From assembly GCA_973895155.1 (NCBI GenBank), contig OZ316895.1, forward strand, positions 21,032,803-21,096,802: a stretch of 64,000 nt of DNA. Direction: 5' to 3'. Shown here piece after piece: positions 22,614-35,354 of the stretch. The notes beneath the pieces are model-generated. The model did not search any database. It saw only the letters and a program-made list of their open reading frames with translations, and was not told where the DNA came from. Position numbers and translations under genes: made by a program. The DNA comes from Marsupella aquatica (taxonomy: Eukaryota > Plantae > Marchantiophyta). Position 1 is the first letter of the stretch, and every line of letters starts with the position of its first letter.

Positions 22614-23849
22614 TTTACAATTGTTCATCTGAAGCTAGTTGATATTCAATGTGGTTTTCACCACGTGTTATAGGTTCACAGATTTATACAACCCTTGCTG
22701 TTAGGAAAATAGATGGCTATCTGTTGGACTATCTGCCTATCTTCCTGTAAGCCAAGGTCCCTTGAAGGCAATGGAGAGACTTGGACATGACGAGGTAGAT
22801 ATTCTGTTAAAGCATCTGTAGTAGAACAAATGAACGTTCGAGTTCACCAATCCCAATCAGGAGAAGCACATGGCCAAATTGACAGATGGAGTTGTGACGT
22901 TCGAACTGAGTGTTTCAGCACACGATGAGCTTTGAGTTGTGACGTTCTGACTGTTTCAGCGCACACTGAGCTTTGATGTCAGATTCTTTGTCCTTGTTAA
23001 CTGAGTTATATGTTTCAAAGACCCCCAAACAACAGTTTCTTGCTTGATAACTGCCAAAGTCATTGGTTATCCAATCTACAACTATAATAAGGGATCTCCC
23101 TTTTTTCATACTTTGTCCCTATACAAAAAAGCTATTGGGTAGGAAAGATCTACACCCGTTAGATTCGATGAACTGTTTCGATGAACTGTTTTCCCTGACA
23201 ATTGATGGAGTAAATGGACACCCTTGGCACATATGTGTTTTCCGCTGCCCCAAAAATGCCCTGACACGACTCCCTATAGGCTGGCCCTCCTTGTGCCATG
23301 CAACGCATGGGAATAGGGCTTGTAAACCTATGATAATTTTGTTACCCAATCAACCCTTCTGACAGTTGCTGGTGAGATGCTCTTGGATGGGGCATTATAG
23401 TGTGTACTATCAATAATGACATATGAGAAGGTGAACCCAATCCATTCCATGAGTGCAAGCAACTTGACCAAATTGTCAACTGCTTGGTTTGGGGGGGTCT
23501 AGACTCTGACTATCAAGGATTTTGAAGATGATGTGAAGACAATGTGTAATGTCTTCAAACATTCAGTGTTAAATTGTCCTTACAAATGTTCTCACAAAAC
23601 CTCATCCAGATCATGTCCATGGTTTCATATTTTGTCACATCTATCATAAAGTTTTGGGGAAATATATCATAATGGAGGTTATTGGGAGGGTGAGTGTCTT
23701 TTGGTAAGTGTTTGCATGCTATTTGGGTGACACTATAGTGTTATGAAGTACACTTGGGGATGCTATTTGGGTGACTGTAATATTATGACTTACACTTAGG
23801 GATATATGTGAGCGCATGGAGAGTACAATGTCACTGTGCATCTTTGGCA

Positions 23850-23946
23850 CCGAGGGGATCTATGTGAATTGCACATTGGCACGAAGGGGATCTATGTGAA
23901 TTGCACATCTTTGGCATGGAGGGGATCTATGTGAATTGCGCATCTT
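23850..23946. repeat. Three copies of a ~33-bp unit (gaggggatctatgtgaattgcacat)
   Basis: Directly visible tandem copies. Confidence 0.8.
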
Positions 23947-25969
23947 TGAACGTGACAGGTTACCACCACAAGATAGAGTGTGCCCAAAAATGAGATACAA
24001 TTGCACATGAATTTAGGAAGCCCATTTTAAAAGGGCAAACTTTTCAAGGATTTTGAGGAATCTGACAAGTGTTTTGATTCTTGGTTGTCATTACAGACCC
24101 CGATGAGGGGTCTCTTGCAAATTCTCTGGCACTAGGATTCGCTACAACAACAAGGATGGTAACAAACAGGACATAGTAGGTTTGCTGAAAAACAAAAAGG
24201 TCCCTGTCCTGTTTGTGGACAAATTTGTGTAAATTATGGGGTGCCATGCCGTAACTATTAAGCATAAAAAAGCAGAATGCAAAGGAAGGGATGTCACTCT
24301 TTTTGACTGTAACCGTATTAGTTACCTTTTGAGTATTTTTAAATTGTTTTGCTGGCTTCTCCATGATTAGATTAATTACAAATAACTGATAAATAAAGAT
24401 TTGGGAAAATAAGGACGGTTTATCTTCAAGTAGATACTTTTCTTCGAACGCAGGAGCACTATTGGGCAGTTGTGTATTTCCCCAATGTTCTTGAATCCAC
24501 ACCAAAGAGAGTCCTTAGGGGTTTGACTATCAAAAATTTTAGGAACCACGTGTGATCCCAAATAGATATTTTTGATAGAAATTAACTAAATTTTAAAAAA
24601 CATAGGAGGCAAAAAAAGGTATTATAAACTCATGTTTATAAAATATTCTCTAATATATGTCTTTTATAAAGTAAAATAGGTTATTAATATTGAAAATAAA
24701 GAATATTCTTAGAATAGTTTCTTTGTAAAATGGGTCTATTTATACTAGGCTTGGATCGCACGTGGTACCCCAAAATATACACTTAGTTAACCCCTTGAGA
24801 AAGAGTCTTATAGGTAGGCCAACCTCTCCCTCCAAATTCTCTGTGGCTTCACCAATCAGTTGGTCATGCGCAATTGGGCAAAGACCCAGAACAGAGTGTT
24901 TGTTCACAATTGTCTGCTGCAAATGAACTTATGAGCCAAGATGTGTGGAGCTCCATACGTTGACTAACTCTTCAATCAATGCACATGAACTTTGTGAAGC
25001 AGTTTAGCGATTGATTAGTTTGCACCAAATGAACTCATGAACCTACAATAGTCAAAGAATGCCCTGATGACTAAGATTGAGCAAAAGCTCCGATAGATTA
25101 TGCAAAGAGCCGTCATATTGTTCTTTACTTACAAGTAGTAAGACTCAGCCTAAGATGTTTGTAGATTATCAATAGTATTTGATCCATAGTGGGAGAAAAT
25201 ACTCACAATTGATACACAAACAAATCACATATTTAGAGCTATTCCTTGCGCAAAAGCTTCACTTCTGGAGAGCTTCATTCATCATTTATTCATCTGACCA
25301 CAAAGGTCATGCACAAACCCAGTAGGAACAAACTCGTCCGACAGGGCATCTAAACCTGTTTATTGAAATCTTAAAAGGTATCAAGAACATCACCTAAAAC
25401 AAACACTGAACTACCCAATTTCTTTATGTGTGGATGCCAGTAAAGTAGGCCTGGTGGAGAAGATGTAATGAATATTGGCAGACATCCAATGTTTCTCCTC
25501 ATAGCTAGATAGGATACAAGTATTGAAGAATGTCATCATCGGGCCAATCTAGAAACTCAAGATCTTCTCTATGCCACAAAATTTCCTCTTCATTCTTCTT
25601 ACCGTGGCCATTGCTCTGAACAACATGTTAGCAGAAGACGTTCTGGTTGTCATCTTGTGTATACATTTGAAGTATCACTAAAAGCTCACCATCTTCTATC
25701 TCTACAACAAAAATTGGGTTTGTCAGCAATTGACTCAAACCCCAAAAGCTCACATGAATGCAACTGCGTCCATGAACTGGTACCAACATTATAGACAGGA
25801 ATTGCACTTTCACTCAACCAAAAAAATTTATCCCGCGCCAAAAATTCTACTCAGGCGGCGTCCTTAGTGGTCATGTGGTATAAGGCTGAAACATTTAAAA
25901 ATGTTTGAACATAAATTGTGCAGATTCAGCAAGTATTTGTCTTTAGTGGAGATCTAAGAATATATTTGT

Positions 25970-26575
25970 CCTACCCTATGGTGGTGTGTGCTCCAAAGTA
26001 GAACATTTATCCTCTATTGGATGGCTATGCTTTTAGTTTCAAGGCAAAAACATAGAAACAACCTCCCCCTCGTTTCATCCCCCCTTGTGAGCTACCCTAC
26101 AATAGTGCATGCTCCAAAGTAGAACATCTATTCTCTGTTGGATGGGTCTGCTTTTAGTTTCAGAGCAAAAAAATAGAAACAACCTCCCCCTGCATATCAT
26201 CCCCCCTCGTGAGCTACCCTATTGTAGTGCATGCTCCAAAGTAAAACATTTATTCTCTGTTGCTCCAAAGTAAAGCATTTACTCTCTATTGGATGGGTCT
26301 ACTTTCAATATCAAGGCAACAAATAGAAACAACCTACCCCTGCAATCATCCCCACTTGTGAGCTACCCTACAGTGATGCATCCTCCAAAATAAAACATTT
26401 ATTCTCTGTTGGATGGGTCTGCTTTCAATATCAAGGCAAAAAATAGAAACAACTTACCCCTGCAATCATCCCCCCTTTGGACTACCTTACAAAGGTGCAT
26501 GCTCCAAAGTAGAACATGTATCCTCTCTTGGATGGGTGCTCTTGGTTTCAAGCGAAAATATAGAACAACCATAGA
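25970..26575. repeat. Tandem array, about 5 diverged copies of a ~121-bp unit
   Basis: Units (gctccaaagtagaacat...ttggatgggt...tagaaacaacctcccc...gagctaccctac) start near 25990, 26111, 26233/26262, 26382 and 26501. Confidence 0.88.
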
Positions 26576-27735
26576 ATATACACTCCTTTGGGACACTGGC
26601 TCCTCGTTTGCCTTTTTCATGTCATTCCATTCCATTCCATTATAAAACACTTACCACAGAAAGTCAAATCATAGAATATTCAACGGCTGGATGATGGCTG
26701 AATTTAACGACCCAAATGGAGAGAACAGAGATTCAAGAGATCAACGAATCCGCCATAGACTAAACTATTGTCCTCGTCAACACACACAGAAAGGTACGAA
26801 GAAATTGGTACCTTTTGGAATTCTGCCCACATGGAACGGGAGATTGCTATGGCAGTCACGCGAGACATCCATCCCCTTCGACTGTACTCTCACTCTTCCA
26901 CTCTTTTCGGTCAAGTGATTCATTGAAGGTCTGCTCTGCTCTGCACTGGAGTCTGGATGGATGGAGACACTGCGATTCTGTGGGTTTTGGGGTTGAAGAA
27001 AGAGGAGGTTGGGATGTGACCCCTCACATCTCTGCCTCTGAAATCCATCAACAGCGCTGCCAAAAGAGGAGGGAAGGAGGGAAGGAAGGAGATTGAGGTC
27101 GGTGAGGTGAGTACAATCAGCATGATTCGTCCAGAGGCCTCCATTTCCTGTTTTTTCACTTGTGGGTTTAGGGTAGTGGATCGGTGTGATGCACCATGCT
27201 GGAGTGATTGCTGAGTAAGCTGGACGGCTGGGTTGCTCCGTGCATTTCTAGTTTACAGGAGGGATGGATGCTTTGGTAAGTCCTCAACCAGCGCAAAAAA
27301 GAAGCTCAGTGGAGGGCTTCCATCGTCAGCTACGTTGGGTTTTGCAACAGGGATGATGATGATGGCGGAGAGAAAGCAGGGAGGGGTCTGCCATTGAGGT
27401 GCCACTGACCTCGTTGTGGATGGGTTCTGGACCGGCAAAGGCCTCTTTGTCTCGTTGAGATTGTTCAGGGGGTTGTGGTCAATGAAGTCCTTTTTTCTTC
27501 TTCTTTTTGTTCGCAGGCCTCGGAACATTTGTTTCGTCTCAGAGAGAGGAGGGGAGGAAGGAGGGCAGATTCAAGGGTCGGTTCAGTTTGCTGTGTGTCT
27601 TGGACCGTCGAGAGATAGAGCTCATGTGCTGCCTGTCATCGCTTTCTGCCAGAGCCATAAACCCTTAAAAGGCCTTTGAAGGGATTGGGAGTAGGCGGAC
27701 ATTTGCATTAGGAGGCAGGTTGAAATTATTGGAAA

Positions 27736-30700
27736 ATGGAGTCAGACAAGCATGGACAGGGGGAGTCCGGAGCAGAAGCAGCAGAAGCAGCAGAAGCAGC
27801 AGCAGCAGTAGCAGAAGGAGAAGGAGAAGGAGAAGGGGAGAAGCCATCGCTCGAGAATGGAGAGAAAAGAAGTGAAGATGAGGAGGGGATTGAAAGCTCC
27901 TCATCCGCGTCAGAGACAGAATTGGAAGGGGGGATTGCTGCAGAGGTATCTGGTGGCCCCGAGAGTGACGACGAAAGTGTGGATGAAGCCGAATTGGCCA
28001 CGTCTGGGGTAGTCTCGAACAGTGGCGTAGATGGGGATGCTCTGACGGATCCTGAACTGAGGAAGAGAAAGAAGAGGAAGAAGAAAAAGGTAGCATTATC
28101 TTCTTCTCCTCTCCCCACGCGCAATAATCTCTCCTCCAGAGTCAGACTGCAAGCAGGAAGTGTCTGTCTCTCGTCCTCTGCTCACTCTCAAGAAGTATTT
28201 CTTGGGAGGTCCACCTCTATAAAATGAAGCGACCGAAATTGAGTTTGGGAAAACTATATACAACCTGGCTCAAAATCAAAGAAATGATCGCCTAATGCCC
28301 CACCACCTGCTTCTGTTGTGTGTTTTTGGTTTTTTGTTGGTTTTTCTCTAGAGTCCTCTCTTTGTGCTATTTTTGGAGACTTGTTTTGGGACTTTCTTGA
28401 TAGGGTTTTCGTTCCCTTTTGGTTTTAACTACTGTCAGTCTTCTGTCTCTATTGCAAAAATCTTTTTGAGGTACTAGAAGGTTACTTTGTCGTAGCAGAT
28501 TTCTTGTCAGTCAATAATTCTTTGGCAATTCCGTCTATCATCTGAATCCCAAGTTTTTCTGGACGTCCTATGCCCAGACCGCCAACGCGGATGATTAATT
28601 TATAAATTTAGCGGATGGTGGGCACATTTCAATATTAAGTCTTCAGACTTTTGGGGTACCTGTGCTTCAATCAAATATCAAATTATTGTGTGAGCTCGTT
28701 AAAAGATGTTTACGGGATATAAAACCTCAATCCTGGTACCTGCCATATGTTTCCTCACCTATTATTTCGGTACATCCAGGAAGGGCCAGTCGTAGGTTTT
28801 GAGAGGCCGACCTGTGAGACTTAGTGTTGAAAAATTTCGTATCTTGTTTTCGAGATTCATGACTAGAAGCTGTCTGTATGCATGGGAAGTTCAAAGTAAG
28901 ATGGCTCTTGACTAGAGCACCCATGAGGTTCATCTTTGTGACCAGATTGGAGTTTCGGGTTTGCGGTTATATGTACTTCTTTGAGTTCCATATCACATGC
29001 TATTACTGCTATAGGAATATCTATACGTGTTGTCAGGCATATTTTTCCCTTAACCAGTGGTTTGCAGTTGTTAAACGCTTTCTGCCATTTTATCCTGATT
29101 TTTTAATCGGTGTTTAATGTTTTAGTTTCAGAGCTCATATAATTTTATCGTGTTGTCCATATCCCTGATCTTGTATGTTTTTGCGTTTTGGTGGGTGCAT
29201 GAACTTAGTAGAAGAAAAAGAAGAGTACGAAGGATATTGCAGAACTGGATCGCTTTGCAGCCTTAGAGGCGCAAATGTTGCCTCCTGAGATTGCCGATAA
29301 AAGGTTCACTTCGCAGCTAAATTGTTGGGCCTTTCTAGGATCCCTGCAATTGCCAATTACTGTCTGGTCAATGTTCAGAAATATTGAGAAGTCTGTTTCT
29401 GCCCTTTAAATATGTGTTTTTTAAAAGTCCCGCTTAATTCTAAAAGCCATTGATTAGCGTCTGCGGCTGCCGAATAGCTGCTGGATCATCGATCCTTTTC
29501 CCCAATCTGGTAGGGAACTTTCTTAGATTTCTCCTCAACATTCTAAGACAGTGAAATGCCTCTTTGTTTTTAACAGTTTGACGTCTTCAGTCACTCTGCC
29601 AATGCCATCAAACCTGTGGACAAACGAAACAAACATTTGAAGCGGAATTACTGTTTAGGGTCACACGGCTGAAAATTGTTTACACTTTCGGTGTCAACAG
29701 ACAAAATTGCTAATTTTGCAATGCGACCAAGTAATAGACTGTGCTCGGACATTTGCAGATATTCTTCTAGTCTAGATTCTATGCGAAACGACGACTCTCT
29801 TCTATGGATGCAGTTAAACAGATGTCGAATCACCGATAAGAAAGCTCGAAAGGTGAGAAATGTCTCTTGCAATTTTACGCTCCAGTAGTTGGAACCTTTT
29901 CTTGTCCCTACATTTTAGACTAACGTGACGGGTAATTCAAGATTGATAGAGAATATTCAGTTCATTCGTTGCAGAGACCTTGTGTTTCGTTTAGGAGGCG
30001 TGAACCGATGAACATTTGTCTGCAAGTTAATTTGATGATGACATATTGTTCTAAGTCGAGAAATCCCTTGTTCGAGCACAGGTCTGGCGTCTATGTATGA
30101 TTCCGATCTGTTTGTGCTTTGTGGTGGGTGTGCAGCTCTTTACAGCTCTCAAGGATAATACTACGCTTACCAGCTTGGATCTGTCCGAGAATTTGTTAAC
30201 AGACGAGAGTTTAGAGTCTTTGGAAGGTGTTTTATCAGCTGGGTCAGCACCCAATCTGATCTATGTTGATGTCCGTGCTAATCCAATTTCCACCAGAAGC
30301 CAGGATGTCCTTGGACGATTACAAAATCTTCGGAAGCATTTGAAGGTGTGGCAGCTGTAACTTATATTCTATCTGGCGCTGTCTTCTAGATTGCCTGCCT
30401 GCTTTTTGAGAAAACGCAATTCTCCTGTTTAGATTATTATTTAAGTTTTAGTCTCTACCGGTTCTTTGTAGAGCACATCAGGTTCTTATGTTCAAAACAT
30501 CTTTGTCTGCCGTTACAGGTAGACTATCATCTGGAGACACCTGATCAAGGTGTCGGTGAAGGAGGCAGAGCTGATGACGATGGCTGGTTGGAAGGTTATC
30601 CCAGAAACAAATGGACAGCCAACTCGGAAGAGAATGGTGATTCTCAGAGCTGGGACGAAAATCCTATGACTAATATTCAAATACGATTTCCTACCCCTGA

Positions 30701-32731
30701 AGCCTTGCAAGAAAAGGTAATCGGACAGCCAGGATCGCAGTGTGGGGTCCTATGAAACCGGGTAGGATCTAGCAGTTTTACCTCGAAACCATCTCCTATA
30801 GGCTGCTTGGTATGGATGATGTTGTAGATAATTATTTCCCATTGATTGTGATTGGAACTAATTAGAAACAGTTTCTCTTTTGAGACACCGTCTACGAAGA
30901 TTTTCTTATCTCCGTTTGTTTCTGTTTGTTGATCTTACCATATTTTGCAGGTAGAGTTTGCCCTGTTGTCAATAAAGAAAAGCTCTACTAGTCTTCATGT
31001 TTCAGGACTGGCAGGTAGTTTGAGAGAGATTATTATCAACTTTTCACAACAGTTGTCTCTATTCCGGGGCACCCCTACGGACTGGACAACAGTGGAAGCT
31101 TTGCCCAAGGTATGACACGAGAAGTTTGTTGTCCTTCATTTACAGCATGAGACCATGCTGATGATAATACTATTGTCATGGTCATGGGTTTGAAAGGTCA
31201 CACGAAGGTCAGTAAGGATTAGACGTTGACCCTCTATCGGTTACAGACTGATCTCCCATAATAATGCATGTTATAGAAGAAGAGAACTCAAGCATTCCAG
31301 TTAATGTTAGTCCTGTTCCGGGTGTGTTTAGTGTTGTGAACGTATGCCCTGTGCTCGAGGGAAGCTAATTTCGTGCGACACTCATGGTCAATCACTCTTT
31401 CGTTTTTCTTCGTTGAAGTAAACAGCAAATGTTTTGAACACGTCGCTTAACACATGATAATATTCGTGATGCAGGGATTGTCACTGTTACTTGAAAAGAT
31501 TGGAGTGTTCTTAACTGTACTTGATATGAATCCTCCGCCAATTCTCTGCCAAAGGAAATTGGAGGAGCAAGCTGCGGGATTGCACCGAGTTGCTTTGGTT
31601 GAGCTACTCAATCTTCTAATTGTGCCATCATCCCCATATATTGAAGAAAAGCTCCTTGCTGAGTCAACTCCAGCCAGGCTTGTGAGCCTTTTCTTTCAGT
31701 TTCCTTGGAACAGCATATTACAGGGTGCCATCTTCCGATTCTTGCAGGTAAATTCTGAGGTTCATGACTCTCCCTGGGTACTTATGTCATGGACACTGCA
31801 TAACAGATTTTTACTGTTGGCTAAAAGCTTTTAATCTGTTCCTAATTCTAATGAGTCAAGAGACCTCATCCCTTTTCAGTGCCCGACACAAGTTCGTAAA
31901 CAACGTGTGGGAGTGGGTGTGCAGGCTACGTTGGTCAGGCCAAGTCTTCGCTTTTCAGTTCTGGAGGGAAGTTCTGGACTTCCATCTCTTCTTCCCAAAG
32001 CTGGAGTCGAATGTGCTGCACTTCCGATTGGGAAAAGACCAGGGTAAGCAACCTATCTTAGTGGGAAACGAAAAAGGAACCCTGCTTGCTTAATCAACAT
32101 CTCCGAAATCTTATTCGGTGACCATTTTCCTTAAAGCAGAATCTGTGGAAGCCTTCATGGCAGATCAGTTCAGTGTCGGCAGGGCTGAATTGTGGTTGGC
32201 TTCAGGTATGGTGGCTACATTGTGAAATTGTCTAAAGAGTTGGAGCTCCTGGCGGAGAAAGATGTAGAAGTTCAGGTATGTCCATGATGTTTCTGCAAAC
32301 CTTGCTTTGACAAATTTGTTCATCCATTTCTCAAATGTAGATATAGAAATGTACAATGAGTTCTGATTGTAATTTGCGATTTCACTTAATGTTCCAAGGG
32401 TAAGGCAGAATCAATAAACTCACGTGGTGTCGGTGGGTCGCTAAGCTCAAAGCGCACGGGTTTGATCATGTTGTTCTATCGTGGTGGATCTGTATGTAAA
32501 ATTTGACGAATGCGTGTACTTGTTGCATAATGACAGAAACGACTAGGGCAAAATGAGCAATGGGCTACATATGTTGGACCACAAGGGGCACTGAAAAAGA
32601 TGGTGGCAGAGCAAACGGGGCACTTAGGAGGCCCCAAACCTACCCCACGATCTGTTCCCCAATATTTTCATAACGACAATAGCAGGGCAGATTCTGCTTT
32701 GGAGCAGTTTCGAGGACTTTTCCTTCCGTAA
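27736..32731 (+). CDS. 10-exon gene: acidic N-terminus, poly-Lys basic patch, RI-like LRRs, C-terminal SAPS/PP6R-like region
   Basis: Exons 27736-28089, 29212-29303, 29759-29852, 30136-30345, 30519-30716, 30951-31109, 31475-31747, 31925-32043, 32206-32275 and 32537-32731 join in frame via GT-AG. LRR: ALKDNTTLTSLDLSENLLTDESLESL. SAPS-like: GLHRVALVELL...LFFQFPWNSILQ...RPGYGGYIVKLS...W...LGG. Confidence 0.78.
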
Positions 32732-33719
32732 ATTTTGTTGCTTCAGGGAGACAGAGTGGATAGCGCAAAGGCAATGATGTCCTCTCTTACGTCTCTCCCC
32801 CCTCCCCCCCTCCCTTTTCCCCGGGAACCTCCAAAAGCTTTCTGTTGCAATGATCATCCTAAGTTCTGTCTCCCATGTTCCAAACCACTGCACTTTGCAA
32901 GGAGGGCCCTAGTTTATTGATCCTATCGACATATTCAGCTGAAAGCGAGATTGAATACATGTGGCGACTCAGCCTCTTGAATCATCAATGTGAAAGAAAA
33001 CTGAATGCTCAAGCATTATTGGGTTTTCATTCAACTTAACTTGCCTGTTCGACATAAATCAGTCTCCCCTGGTCAAAGTCAGGTTCCAGGTTCGACATAA
33101 ATCAGGATGTTGAGGCATTTTTTCACATACAGAAAATTGAGGGCTATGGATGATCCCATGACAGCGGTGCCATTTTTTTGCCAGCTTTGTATCGTGTGGG
33201 ACAGTAAAGAATTTCCTCATTCAATTCAGACGTTGTCACTCATTATTGTTGATGATAGACTGGTGTCTTTCCTTCAAAACGAAGGAGCTGCAATTCTCCC
33301 CTGGTCAAAGTCAGGTTCCAGGTTGAAGACACAAAAGAGGTCAGGACTACCCCTATAAGGGACTGAAGTGGGTTAACCTTACGTGGAACAATTATAGTGC
33401 TTTGGCCCCTTTCAACATCGTCACCAACCAACAGCAGCTTAGATAAAGTAGAGAGGAGACGAGAGACATTCTTAAAGTTTGTATGCCAAGTTCTTTTACC
33501 ACAACAGGATTGATGCAACTTTCTTGTCCCGAGAATAAAAACGCACAGGTTGAGGGCCCTTTTGTAAAGTTGTCCCACTAATGCGATAGTGCTTGATCTT
33601 ACCAACAGGTCTAATAAGAGACACAAATCCTTCGTTTGTATGGTTGCAGTGACTTTCTCCAGCTGAGGTCCCCACTACCGTAGCTTTCATGGGGGCATGT
33701 TGTGTGTAAAAATGATTCC

Positions 33720-34090
33720 CTATTCACTTTACCAGTGAGTGATGCATTCCTAGTTTCCCAGATCAATTACTGACCAATTAGATTTCCCTAACTTTAATGA
33801 TAACTTTCCATAGGGGGGTCAAACCTGTTAACTATTTCATAGCCTTCAACGGGGGGTCAAGATTTTAAACAAATTCGTAGCTTCAACAGGACACGTGTGC
33901 AAATTTGATTCCATATTCACCTTTACAGTGATTGATGCTACAGTGATTGATGCATACCTAGTTTTCCCAGACTAATTTCTGTTCATTATTTCCCTTAGAT
34001 TTTGGGGTTCCAGATTCACCTACGAGTGACTCATGCTTTCCTAAGCTTTCTGGTTTTCCTAGATAAATTCTGACCATTAACATTTCCCTA
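33720..34090. repeat. Three diverged ~70-bp dispersed repeats
   Basis: attcac...gtga.tgatgc.t.cctag.ttc.cagat.aatt.ctg..ca.ta.atttccct near 33721, 33913 and 34013. Confidence 0.6.
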
Positions 34091-35354
34091 TTCAAAACTC
34101 TAACAAGAGTGGGAGGAGGTCATTTCCAGTTGCCGCAACCGTATTGAGTCCTTGGATAGGTTTCACAGAATTCAGATATGGCTACTGCTGTCGTGTTTAC
34201 CTTCCCTCCTCTCCTATGTAAACTAGCAATCGCCTCAGAGTGATCGAAGAAGCAATTGCACAAGCTGTACAACCTGAGAATTGAAATGGAAAACTGAAAA
34301 AATTGAAATTGAAGAGGTTTAACTCTAAGTCTAGCTTGAACTGCTGGATTGGTGCGTGTAGTCCACGCCAGAATGGTACATTGTTGAGGGAATCCTAACT
34401 TTTCCAACGATGGCTGTACCTTGTTGATCAAACCAGCCCCCCCCCCCCACCCCCGGCAATGGTAGTCTAGCACAACCGAACAAGACAACGAAGAATGCAA
34501 GCCGTCCGCATATTCAGTGGTCAGAACAAGATTTACGGGTTCAGTACGCATTCAGAGAAAGTGATGCTAGACACCCTGTCAGACTGTAACCGGGATCTAA
34601 TGCAAGTCTATCAAACAAAGCATTTGATTATCTGCTAATTGCAACAAGTTTCACCCAAAATTTTGGCGAGATGGGTAGGATAGATTATTCTCTCCCAATT
34701 ACAAACTTGGAATTTTCAACTACTGTTATAAGGCCCGCCAGACCTCAAATTATCCACAAAAATGCTATATCTTCTGTAAGAATAGCTGGGCAACCACTAG
34801 CCTATCCTTATGATACACATGCCCTTTAACAGACCCTAATGATCTTTGCCACAAAGTTGGAGAGGTCAGCGACCTACAGGTAACAAGGGTATCTTCAGGA
34901 GCAATTGGGACCCGTTGCTAGAACATGCTGAGGAGAGCAGGAAAAGGACCTCCACATCCAAGCCACCATCATTGATCTATCTAACAATGCACTCCTCTTA
35001 TAGCCCGGTCGGCCTCGCTGGGCTCATCTGTACAGACTTCCGACTAAGACTGCTTTCACTGCGGAGTTACAATGGTTTCTAAAATGCTGAAGTGTTCCAA
35101 CTGATGGATTCCCTGAGGGTAATAGTGATTTTGGAACAACATCCAAAAACCTCAGAAATCCCAGCTATGAGAATCTATTTCGAAAACACCTATAATCCTT
35201 CTTAGGCTCCAGACCAGGGTTGGTTGGTTGGGATACTGACTTGAATTGGAATATCTTTCTCAACACTTCGGTTTAATTTACCTAAAGCGTTTAGGGTCGA
35301 CTTGTACAACATCAGAACCCACTGATGCTCCTGGAGGAAACTGTCTAGGATCAA

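Noticed and set aside
25440-25815. Protein-like minus-strand stretch (…EEEILWHREDLEFLDWPDDDILQYLYP…)
   Set aside because: Interrupted by several stops with no recognisable family; cannot be supported without a search.
27665-28124. Minus-strand ORFs with poly-Leu and poly-Ser/Ala tracts
   Set aside because: Antisense shadows of the microsatellite-containing exon 1 of the LRR-SAPS gene.
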